A stretch of 62,846 nucleotides of DNA, the filler included, from Chiloscyllium plagiosum (Eukaryota): NCBI RefSeq assembly GCF_004010195.1. It is 4 parts of one record of this genome, joined end to end, with 100 filler letters (N's around TTAATTAATTAA, not from the genome) between each part and the next. Parts side by side here need not be neighbours in the genome. Positions count along the whole stretch, not along the records: positions 9,219 to 33,553 come from NC_057712.1; positions 33,654 to 50,990 come from NC_057712.1; 2 more parts are not named here. The stretch is one strand, 5' to 3'. Position 1 is the stretch's first letter, and every line of letters begins with the position of its first letter. A program made the position numbers and the translations under genes. The notes beneath the pieces are model-generated. The model did not search any database, was not told where the DNA came from, and saw only the letters and a program-made list of their open reading frames with translations. Shown one piece after another: positions 26,278 to 37,173 of the stretch.

Positions 26278-26871
26278 TGTGGTTCGCTTTCTGCACAGAG
26301 GCCAGCATCGCATCACCAAGTCACCCTTTAGTTGCTGGTGCACAATACACTGGCTGTGGCCAGCCAGCTCGGAGTCAGTCACCTGAACTGAGGAGTTTCT
26401 AATCTCATGATCATACAATTTTTATTCATGGTTATACAAAATACAGTACAACAGTAACAGTACACAAGAGAAACAGAGACACGACCATAAGGTGCTGATC
26501 TCCTGATTATATTTTTTCTTTTTTTTCTTCTTTCTTCCCAAACAAAAAAGTGACAAATTTCTTCCCTAAACAAGAAGGGAAAAAGGCAAAGAAACTCTTC
26601 TCCTCAGGAGCACACTGACAGTAGCACCAGCCAGCACCGAGTTAGTGCTCTAAACTGAGGAGACTCTAAATCTCCTGATTATATATTTTTATGCATAGTT
26701 ATACAAAATATAGTACAGCAATAACAATACACAACAGAAACAGAGAGACAACCATGAGGTGCCAATCTCCTGATTATATTGGTCAACCAGGGTTTTCCTG
26801 ATTGAACCAGATTAACAACCCCAATCAATAACCTCATAGTCAACGAGGTCAGCCTGGTTCTAATCACTACA
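26278..26871 (-). mobile_element. Solo LTR with internal duplication and A-tailed inserts
   Basis: Minus strand starts TGtagtga, has a CCAAT/TATA-like ccaatataatcaggaga, and taaagggtgacttggtgatg near the 3' end; ~140-bp segment duplicated (26372-26512 vs 26651-26779). Confidence 0.6.
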
Positions 26872-27479
26872 CTTTCAGACACACCTCTCGCAATCTCAGT
26901 GCATCGTGCATTTCAGCCTTGAAAACAAGAGAACTCAAATGTCCATCTGAGAAAGTGCTTCCAGAATACTGTCACAAAATACATCTGCAGCCTGGAATGT
27001 ACATTTTTTTTTTGCCTTTTTATTTAGACTTTAGTTCCTAAATATCTAACTATGTTTACAATGCAGATATGAAATTGAACTTTTCTCCCTCAAAGAAAGA
27101 TTATCCACTTAAGAGATAGTGTAAATTGTGGGACATTTGGGGCTAAGATAGTAAAAAAAACCACCCTTGTAATGCAAAACTGAAACTGAGTTATCCTCTG
27201 TTATGGGATTCTGTGATCCAAAACCTGAAGTTGACAACGCCAACTGAAGAAATCACAGTTGGATAGGAGAGATTTTGTTAGTCTTTATCTTTCCACTGAT
27301 CATATCAATTGTTTTCAAATCAGTCCATAGCCTTACTTTTGCCCTTTGCGTAATATCCTCTCTTGTATAATGCTGAATTGCCTGTGCTCTTCCAATTTTG
27401 GCATCTGGTATATTCACTATTTTAATTATTCCACCATTACAGCAATTGCGGTTTTCAGTTGCCTCGATCATAGATCTAG

Positions 27480-27690
27480 AAATCCCTTCCTAAAGCTCTC
27501 TACCTCTCTAAATCTCTCTCTCTCTCTTTAAGCTGTTTCTTAAAACATAACTCTTTACCTAAATTTTGATCATTTATCTGAATATTATCTTAAGCAGCTC
27601 CGTGTCATACTGTTTCATGACATTCTTGTGAGGCCCTTGAAATGTGTTACTACATTAAAGACATTGTATAAAATGTAAATTGTTATTGTA
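27480..27690 (+). mobile_element. L2-type 3' end
   Basis: ctctctacctctc...tacattaaagacattgtataaaatgtaaattgttattgt tail. Confidence 0.5.
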
Positions 27691-29149
27691 GCACCAAATG
27701 TCTTGTTTACCCTTGATATACATGGTTGTATGTGACTATGCTACTGTCACGAGTGTAGTGCTGGAAAAACACAGCCGGTCAGGCAGTATCTGAGGAGCAG
27801 GAGAATCGATGTTTGGGGTATAAGCCCTTCGCAGTCCCACATGTGGGTGACTGAGATGATAGCCTAGCTCATTGATAGAATCCAAGATCAAACAACTCTG
27901 TGATTCAGTATGCTATGAATTAGGTGATCTTGGTGTAGTGGACAAGTAATAGAAGCTTACCGATGATAAGTGTTTGTAACCATGCAGTTTTAGCTGCCTA
28001 AACTCCAGTGTACTATAGGCAGAAGTTTTTCTATGATTCATTCAAGGGATGTAGGCATCATTGGCTGTGAAATCCAAAACCTTAGCTTTTGTCAACTGTT
28101 CCTATACCTCTGGATTTATTAAAGAAAAATCCATTCACCGATAAAGAGGGTTGTTAATCTATGTGAAACTTGCACGTATATTAGATGGCATAAGAAAACT
28201 GAACTTTACTATTAATGATTATTTAGTCATTTATTTCCAGCAATCTTACCTGTGATAATAAATTTTGTAGAATTTCAGACTCGCAAGTGATACAAAAATA
28301 AACACAACGTTAGTGCCACATGGCACAAAAATATCATATACATTTCATCATGTACTTGATGTTGTGTCTGCATCTTATCTTGAAGGAGATGAAACGCCTT
28401 GTTAAAATGTCAGTGCAATGATGTGCCACCATTTTCTACTTTTTGCAAGTTTTTGTTTTGTGTTCAATGTCCAGATCTTCTCTTTCTTGTAGGTGTTCAC
28501 ATACTTTGCAAAAACAAGCCGAAGGAAAGTATATGAATTTCACTTTGTTCTTAAACGTAGGTGTGTCTGACATTTCATTTTCTGAATGACAAATGTAATA
28601 TTCATACTATAGTGAATATTTGGCTAGTTCAAAAGCATGCTCCTACTTGTTTACAAAAATGCCTGTGGGTAACACGCAGGTGGGTTGGTGTGTGTCTGTC
28701 ACGAACATAATCGCAAATTACAATGGCATTTAAATTCCATGGTCCATTTATGTCTGCCAGACCCTGCAGCACTGACCCCACTGAGGTATGTGAGTCAAGG
28801 GAGAACACCTAACTAGCCTGGGGCCGTCATATGCCAAAACCACTGCAATCAAATCTTGGGTACTGACCCTCGATACTGCTGGGAAATTAAGCCAATGCTT
28901 TCAGGACTTGAGAGGATATGTCCAGAAAATATTTACTATCCCTCTGCAACCTATAATATTCTATAAATATTATAATAAAAATACATTTGTGGTTTATTTG
29001 TCAGAAAGCATTTTTCTGATTTATTGGAGGTTAATTTAGTGGCAGAACCGGAGCACACAAGAGCACTTGGTGCATGCAAATGACTGGCATGTGATGCTCA
29101 TATGGCTGCAAATACTTTGTGGCAGTGCTCTGAACAGTAGTGTAGTATA

Positions 29150-29610
29150 AAAGGGAAAGGTAAGGGGATGTTAAAGTTAAAGGGATGATGATGGTAATAG
29201 GAAGAGAATTGGGTGAATGGCATGGAAAGGGGGTTTTAGGACAGGCATGTCATGCAAGAGAGGTGATTGGATGGAAGGGATGGCATGGGAAGGGTGGCAT
29301 GACAAGAATGGAATGGAAGAGATGGGATGGTATGGAAAGAGGATATGGGCAGGATGGAACGGGAAGTTGAAATGGCATGAGAGAAATGGAATGATTGCAA
29401 TGGCATGGAAATAGAATAGGTTGAGTAGGAGAAGGGATCATGGAAATTTAGGGTTGTATAATGAGAATAACAGCAGTCAGTTAAGGCATAGAAGTACTGA
29501 TATAGAAAAGATGGAATGAATGAGAGGAATTTCATGGACAAGGTGGAATGGCATAGGATGGAGATGGGTCCTTCGAAGGAATGGAATGTCCTGGGAGGTG
29601 GAGATGAGAT
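29150..29610. repeat. Purine-rich degenerate (GGAAT/GGCAT/GGGAT)n low-complexity tract
   Basis: Repeated atgga/atggc/gggat pentamers; strong G+A strand bias. Confidence 0.75.
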
Positions 29611-30149
29611 GATTCAATTGTTTTGAGCATATCAATTTTACTATGAATATTTTTATAAATCTCTACCAGATGACTTACTAAAGGTATTTGGGGATCTGAA
29701 TTTCAATGTGATTCCCATTGTGCCCAGTATTCCTCTTGTCATTCAGGGTCTCAGCTTTAAAGTTACCATGCCTCCTTGTGAGGGCAAGGGAACAGGAATT
29801 CTCTACAAATGTGTCCCCATTCCTTGTTGCAGTTGTCCTTATTACAGCTATGCAATAACTACAACTTGTTACTTATACTGTGCCTTTGACAGAATATACT
29901 TCACAGGAGTGTTAAGCAAACTTTGACACTGGGAAAGAGGTAGTTTTTAAAGAACGTTTTAAAGCAGAGAAGTTTAAAGAAGGAAGTCCAGACTTTGGGT
30001 GGAGTCAGGTGAAAGCACAACCACCAATGGTGAAGCGATTAAATTTGAATACGATAAGAGGCCAGAAATTCTGCACTTTACAAATTCCCATGTAAAAGGC
30101 AAATTGCCAATTTCTGTCATATAGGAATTATTACAGGAGTAGCATTAGC

Positions 30150-31840
30150 TTATCAACCATTCAATGTGTTCATACCAGATCTGTATTTTAACTCCATCCA
30201 CTGTGCGTCTCTACAACTGGCGAGCAAATCTAATGTATCTGATTTAACATTAGTAACAAAATTAGCAACTTTATGTGGGAAAATCCTTACACTTCTATTT
30301 AGAGAGTAAGAAGTGCTCTCTAAATTATTTCCTGAATAACCAAAGTCTGGTTTTATAATCATGTTGCTTCAGCCCAGAGACTACCACCCGCAGCAATATC
30401 TCCCCCTTCAATTCTTTTCAAATTCCTAAACTCTTCAACCAAACCACCCTTTAAACTTCTATACTACAGGGAATAAAGACTAATCTGTGTCAGCTATTTT
30501 CATAATCTAATATTTGGAGCTGTGCAGTCAGAGACTAATATATCTTTTCTAAGGTGTGATGTGTAATATTAAATACATTAATCCAGATGTGGTCCAACCA
30601 GGATATTCCACAACCAGAAGAAAACTTTTTTTCCTTTATATTTTACCCCTCCAGTTATAATGGTGAACATAAATTAACTTTTTTTAAAAAAATGTATTTG
30701 TACGTGACTATTCCATTCCGGTAATCTGTGTTCACGGAGTCTTAAATCTCAATTGTTCCAAACATGTCAAGATGTAAAAACATAATCTGGTGGGACACCA
30801 CCCACTTCTTTGTAACTTGAAAACATGCTAATAATTGCTACCCTTTGACTTCTACCATTTAACCAGGTCAATAATTTGTCTTCAATTTCATGAGCTTTAA
30901 TTTTGGCTAATGGTTTGTTGTGAAGACCCTTATCAAATATCTGAAACTTCACATCGAATTCATGCACAGGCATCTTTCTGTATACCACCTTAGTTACTCT
31001 GTCAAAAAGAAATCTGTTAAATTCAGGAAATGTCAGAAATACTTTATAAATCTAATCAGCTCAAGTTTTGCTTCAGTGTTCCATCACTATAGTTTTCATC
31101 CTACAAAAGTGGTTAGACCAACATATGTTTTTTTTCTTTCCTTTCTCACCTTGCTTAAGCACATTTTATTCCTCGGCAGTAATCCTGGCCTTCTATTATG
31201 CTCATGCTGTAACTGTGATAGGTGTAAACCAGATAGGACAAAGAATTTCAGCTCAACTTATCTGAATGCCTTCTACCCGCATCAAATTTAAATGCAAGTT
31301 CCATTCCTATATCATCTCTCTATGCCAACATTCTGTGATTTCCTTTCCCCAACCAGATTTTGAAATTATTTGCCTCCATCCTCAAAGATGTGGTTTTTTT
31401 TTCATTTCTCTATGTATGGATCTCAATCAGCTCTATTTTCCCATATGCACAATCTTCACATTTTGACTTTATTTGCACATGCCATTCTCTGTGGTCCAAC
31501 TTCTTAAAGTTCAACACCAATAGACTTAATCGTATTCAATTATTGTGCACCTTTCCTTTCCTTGTGGCTTCTTCCATAATATATTGGCAAGTTGTTTTAC
31601 AGCTGGATGTCCATTCTGCTTCAGAACATCCCCATTTATCTGGGCTGTTGACTGGCTACCAATACATACTGGCTTGTCTGCTGGGACCCAGACTACATCC
31701 ATCATGGCACATTATTGCTACTTAAACAAAGGTCAGCCACATGCTCAGCCTCCAGTACATAGATTTTTAAAATTACCATTCTTACTTATATTCTTCTCCA
31801 TGACTGCATATCCACTTTCCTTGCAGCGATTGTAAAACCC
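30150..31840 (-). mobile_element. Very old CR1 LINE
   Basis: FQIFDKGLHNKPLAKIKAHEIE...WLNGRSQRV...GGVP in ORF 30767-30988. Confidence 0.7.
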
Positions 31841-31849
31841 AGTTTTTTA

Positions 31850-32600
31850 CACACAAGCTACCATTTTTCAAACCATACCTTGAACTTTGGAATTCTCAGC
31901 AGGATAATAGGTTGGTGAAAGATACAGGTGGCAGGTGGGAAGTGAGCGGTTACAATGCAAGGTGGCTGGTGTAGCTCCACCCTTCAGGCTCACTGCCTTT
32001 ATTCCTGATGAAGGGCTTTTGCCCGAAACGTCGATTTCGCTGCTCGTTGGATGCTGCCTGAACTGCTGTGATCTTCCAGCACCACTGATCCAGAAAGTAG
32101 TATGATAGCAGCTGACTCGAGGACCAAGTAGCAGATGATTGCAAGGGTATAGTAGTAGGAGAAATTGGGGGATTAGGATGTCAAATGGGTTACAGGCAGC
32201 AGATGGGTGAGAGGTAAGGGTGCCAGGTGGGTAGGGGTACAGATATTTGATAGATGGGTAGCTGTCTAAACTGCTAGATATGTGATGGATCGAACCGGGA
32301 ATTTGGGCGGCGGGAGTCAGGTCTGTGGACTGTCACTTTGTCAGGTCTGGGGCTGGGGCTGGGGGTTGGATTTTCAGCTCTGGGGAGGTGGAGGTGGGGA
32401 TGTTGCATTGGGTCCGTGTAGGGTTTGGTCTATGGAAGATCATTGATAAGGATGGGGGTCGTTTTTATAGTTAGCCAAGAGTTAGAGCAGTTCCTTTAAG
32501 TTTTCCTGGCTGCTAAGTCAAGTAACTGAGTCAGAACCATCTGAAGTGTCCTGCTCGAACTCGGAGGCTTTTTCAGAGTCCATGCCACTGGTACAATGAA
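31850..32600. mobile_element. TIR-element family copy 2 with a Penelope-like insert (31975-32095)
   Basis: gggtgccaggtgg and tagttagccaagagttagagc...ttttcctgg shared with copies 1 and 3. Confidence 0.45.
32001..32036 (+). ncRNA. Minimal type I hammerhead ribozyme motif
   Basis: attc-CTGATGA-a-gggc-tttt-gccc-GAAA-cgt-c-gatt; palindromic ACGT stem III, GUC triplet. Confidence 0.65.
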
Positions 32601-32699
32601 CAGCCCTTTGCAGTAGATCTGGGCCGCTGAGCCACCAGCCTTATCAAACCAAAACATGAAAACAGACATAGCTCCTGAAGAAGGTTGTTTGACCTGCAA

Positions 32700-33553
32700 T
32701 GTTAATTCATCCCCCTGCCCCTTCCACGGGGGCTGCCTGACCGGCTTGAGATGTTTACTGGCAGATTTCCAACCCCTACGGTACTTTAATTTCGTAAAGA
32801 GACCGCACTCGCCTCTTATTTGGGATAGCACGAGAGTGACTGCGATGTTCCTCTGTCAGACTTTTGAAATCAAGTCCCCGCTTTGTGCGTTTTTCTCTCC
32901 CGATTTTAAAGTCCTGAGCTTGCCATTTGAAAGTTCGGTGATTTGATAAGATCTTCTTTCCGTCCGTATGTATCTTGCCACCCCACCCACTTTTTTTTTC
33001 CTGCCACGCCCTGCTCGATTTTTTTAAAAACTCGACCTCAGCCTCGTTAAAGCCGCCCGTCCTCCCGCCCTTTGCCCTTTAGCAGCTCCCCGTTCCCCTC
33101 CATCCCCTCGCTGTCCCTCAAACCTCACCCAATGTGGGCACACCTTCTCCTCCGGTCCCTGTTGCGCTCGACCAACGCCCGACTTTCTCCGATGTTTATT
33201 TTGATCTGTTCCCAAATGGAGGGGGGAATGTGCAATTAAGCAAAAAGGCGTGTGAGTCAGTTTTACACTCTGGACAGCGATGACACAGGAACTCGCTCTT
33301 GTTCTGTGTAACCGGGCACCGTGTCTTTGACCATTTCTCCAGACTGGCTGTGCACTGTCATTCATTGCGATCATTCGCAACCTCTCAGCGGTTTGTGAGG
33401 ATTGGGGCAGTGTCCCACCAGCTCCTCACTCGCTCATTCGCTCTCCCTCACCCATCTTTCACATTCCCGCCACCCTCACGACACCCTTCTCTCACCCTCC
33501 CCACTTATCCCTCCCTTTCCCGCCACCTCTCCCCAGCCTGAACCCTCCTCACG
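32700..33553. promoter_or_regulatory. CpG-rich promoter-like region, candidate first exon
   Basis: Visibly CpG-rich and apparently non-repetitive in a CpG-poor window; GC boxes ccgccc at about 33052 and 33065; minus-strand donor TGG|gtgagg after 33129. Confidence 0.5.
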
Positions 33554-33653
33554 NNNNNNNNNNNNNNNNNNNNNNNNNNNNNNNNNNNNNNNNNNNNTTA
33601 ATTAATTAANNNNNNNNNNNNNNNNNNNNNNNNNNNNNNNNNNNNNNNNNNNN
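33554..33653. other. Artificial contig spacer
   Basis: 44N + TTAATTAATTAA + 44N. Confidence 0.97.
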
Positions 33654-33780
33654 GTTCCACATATCCGATGAAGAGGCAGGCATAGCTGGGGCCCATGCGG
33701 GTGCCCATGGCTACTCCTTTGGTTTGGAGGAAGTGGGAGGATTGGAAAGAGAAGTTGTTCAGAGTGAGGATCAGAGTGAG
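33654..33780 (-). mobile_element. Penelope-like RT fragment
   Basis: LTLNNFSFQSSHFLQTKGVAMGTRMGPSYACLFIGYVE (PLE RT motif QxxGxAMG). Confidence 0.88.
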
Positions 33781-35244
33781 AATATATAAAAGCAAGCTTA
33801 ATTGTGTCGTTCACCTATTTTTTATTTATTTTAAATAGTGGGAGGATGGGTGGTGTGACAAAGCTGCAGCTTGTGGAAGCTTCGGGATAACCCTGTGATT
33901 AAGGGCCAATGCGTCTGCAGTAAGTGTTCAATCTTTGGGCAGCTTTGGCTTAGAGTTTACGAGTTGGGGAGGTGAATGACAGACACTGATGAAGCAGGGA
34001 GGAAGAAATTCTACCAGGATTCTTTGTACCCAGGATGCCATCCCACTACTTAATACTGGGGGTCTCCTGATTTGGCCTTTGGTCAGCGACAGGAGGATGT
34101 AACTGGATAGTGAGTACAGCATGTAAGGAGAACCAGAGGGTGGGAATGCAGAAATGGTGGCCTCTGTGATTTTCCAATAGGATTTAGCTTCCCCCAGCTT
34201 GTTTGGATAAGATCAAGGGCTGTAGGGTGGAGTAAACTGACCATAGCCCTGTGGTACAAGATGACACTCAACTGAGAGAGAACACCAAAGCAAATAGTAG
34301 TAATAGGGGACAGTATAGTGAGTGGGATTGAGACTACTCTCTGCAGCAGAGGGTAAGAGCCCAGATGGCTGGGCTTTCTGCCAGTGAGAGGGTTTTATAA
34401 CTGCTACAGGGAAATTGTAATGTTGGCATGGTGTACATCAGAACTGTGCCAGGACTAGTGGCCTTGTGAAATGCATAACTAGGAGACAGAAGGTTTTAAA
34501 TCCAACTTGGGGGAATTTGTAATATGGGAAATACAGGTCAGAGATTGACAGAAAGGGTCAGTGTGGAAAAGAATACTAGGAACACAAAAACAATCAGGAC
34601 TAGATGTTACAACGATAAGAAAAAGATAAAATAAATTAATTTATGGCACACGTTGAAGTAAATTTATATAAATTTTCAGGCAATTACGGAAACATGACTT
34701 TAGGATGACAGGGATTGGGTCCTTAGTATTCAGGGGTACAGGACATTTATGAACAACAGGAAGCAAGGCAACAGGTGAAAGGGCAGTACTGTTAATCAAG
34801 GATGGAATTTTTATAACAGTTACAGATGACTTTGATTCAGGAGATTAGGATGTAGAATTGGTTTGCCTTGAACTGAGGAACAGTAGGGGAAATAAATCAC
34901 TAGTGAGAGTGATCTAAATGTACATTTCAGAATAGACAGAATAAAATTATTTCTACTCTGAAAGAAAATTCTAAAAGGGAGAATCAACCATCTGCAGTTT
35001 GATAAAGTACCTAATTTAAGGAAAACAACTATAACTGCACAAAGGTGAACAGCAGGTCAGATGATTTATCCATATAAAACAAACAGCAGACAACTAACAG
35101 ATTAAACATGAGGAAGAAATTAAAGGATAAAAGGAAGCTAGCAAGGAAGGTAAAAATGGAACGCAAATAGAAAATGATATACAGGTATTTAAGAAAAACA
35201 CAAGAAGAGAATGTGGATCCTCTAGAGATAAAATGGGGAATTAG

Positions 35245-35517
35245 TAGAGAATCATAGGAAAGAGGCCATTTGGCCTGTTGAGTTCACACCGACTCTTCAA
35301 ACTCTCCCACCTAGTCCCCATCTTATCCCTGCATTTACCATGACTAAACCATTTAACCTGCACTTCTTTGGATTGTGGGAGGAAACTGGAGCACACAGCT
35401 GAAGTCTACGCAAGCACAAAGAAAATATACAAACTCTGCAAACCCAAGCTGAAATTGAACTGGGGGCCATAGTGCTAAAGGGCAGCAGTGCTAACCACCG
35501 AGCCACCATGCCACCCT
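35245..35517 (-). mobile_element. V-SINE (HE1-like)
   Basis: tRNA head gggtggcatggtggctcggtggttagcactgctg and V-domain gtttcctcccacaatccaaag on the minus strand. Confidence 0.85.
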
Positions 35518-36691
35518 AACAATAAAGAAATGGCAAATGAAATGGACAAATATGGTGCTAGTGTTTTCACTATAAAGGATACAAGAAAATACTAATAGCT
35601 GTACACATGGACGTGGAACGGAGAGAGCAATTTAGTGAAATTACAGTTATTAGGGAAGTGTTATTGAACAAACGGACAAAACTATAAGCTGACAAGATTT
35701 TGGGTCCTGATGGATTTCATCCGAGGGTCTTAAGAGATTGCTATTGAGCTAGTAGATGCATTGGGTGTCAATTTTCTAAAATTTCCTTGATTCAGGAAAG
35801 GCTCATTAGACTGGAAGATAGAAAATGTAACCCTTTTATTTAAAAAGAGAAGAGGAGGCAATAAACAGGAAACTTTAAGCTTGATGTCGATCATGGAGAA
35901 AATGTTACAAGGGATCATTAACGTGATTTTAACTGTACACTTAAAAAAAACTCAAATTGGGTAGAGTCAGCAAGGATTTGTCAAAGGGAAATAAGTTTCA
36001 AGAAACTTATTAGAGTTCTTTGAAGGAGTGATATACATTGGAGAGAAAGGGAAATTTTCTAGCTGCACTGTACTGGATTTCCGGAAGGCTGCTGCAAAAG
36101 GTATTATTGAAAATAAATGCTCATGGTCTATTACCATGGATAGAAGATTGGCTGGCTGAGAGAAAGCCATGTGCAAAATTGGGTCTTTAATCAACATTTT
36201 ACAACTTTGAATCAAGTCACTGATGTGGGGCATTGCAGACAAGATGATAGAAGGTACGTCATGATGAAGAGGAGGTTGTAGACAGATACAGATAAGTTGA
36301 TTGAGAGGGCAATAATCTGGCCAAGGGCAATGTGGGCAAATGTGAAATTGTTAGCTTATACAGGAAGAATGAAAAATGCAAGTATTAATTGAAAGGAGAA
36401 AAATTGCAGAATTCTAGAGTGCAGAGGTACTTAGACATCCTAGCGAATGAGTCAAAGTTGGTAGTATGTAGTATTGGTGCTATCCTTTATTACAAGAGAT
36501 ATTACAGAAAGTAAAGATGGTATACTTCATTTTAACATTGGTGGAAGTTTTGATCTCTTCTATTTTAAGAAAAGCTGTGAATGTATTGCAGACTTCTGAG
36601 TTGGTTTACTAGATGGATGCCTGAATGAGTGCGTTGTCCTTGGAAGAAAGGTTGGGCTTATTATCATTGGAGTTTAGAAGGGAGAGGGAGA

Positions 36692-36865
36692 GCCTGGGTG
36701 GATCAGGTGATACAGCATAGACCTTTAATCCAAGGGTCCATGGCTCCAGTCCATGGTATTGGTTTGACCGCAGTTTGTTCTACTCACTTAAAACAGCAAT
36801 GAAACAGAGCAATCACCTCTGCAAAAGGTGTTTCAGGAATTGTTTATCAAATTATAAACAGGATC
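36692..36865 (+). pseudogene. tRNA-Lys(UUU)-derived retroposon inserted in CR1
   Basis: gcctgggtggatcaggtgatacagcatagacctttaatccaagggtccatggctccagtcc aligns to vertebrate tRNA-Lys-TTT; degenerate TSD tagaagggagagggag / tagaagacagatgag. Confidence 0.6.
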
Positions 36866-37173
36866 TAGAAGACAGATGAGTAACTTGATTGAAGTATACC
36901 AGATTCTAATTTGGTCTTGACAAATGAACTTGAAAAGGATATTCCCTCATGTGAGTGGAGATAAGATCATTAAGTGATTGAGGGAAATGTTTTCCAGAGG
37001 GCTGTGTAGTCTGGAACTTTTTAATTCAGAAAGCAATGGATGTAATGTTGATAAATACTTGTAAGACAGAATGTATTCATGTTAGACCAGGGATAATTTG
37101 GAGAAGGAGGAGGGGATGGATTGGGAGAAAGTTTCTGGGTAATCCAAGATGGAGGACGGGAAAAATTTCTGGC

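Larger units (their letters stand above)
33810..37090 (+). mobile_element. Old near-full-length CR1 (ORF1 esterase and ORF2 remnants)
   Basis: IVVIGDSIV (SGNH-type ORF1) at about 34295, then ITET, GPDGFHPRVL, DWKIENVTLLFKK, QQGFVKGK and LDFRKA; its 3'UTR resumes near 39735. Confidence 0.8.

Noticed and set aside
28493..28556. Plus-strand exon after a strong acceptor (VFTYFAK...)
   Set aside because: Does not match the expected NT5DC1 sequence; weak donor; no recognisable product.
33024..33380. 118-aa minus ORF in the CpG region
   Set aside because: GC-rich DNA has few stops; no recognisable domain.
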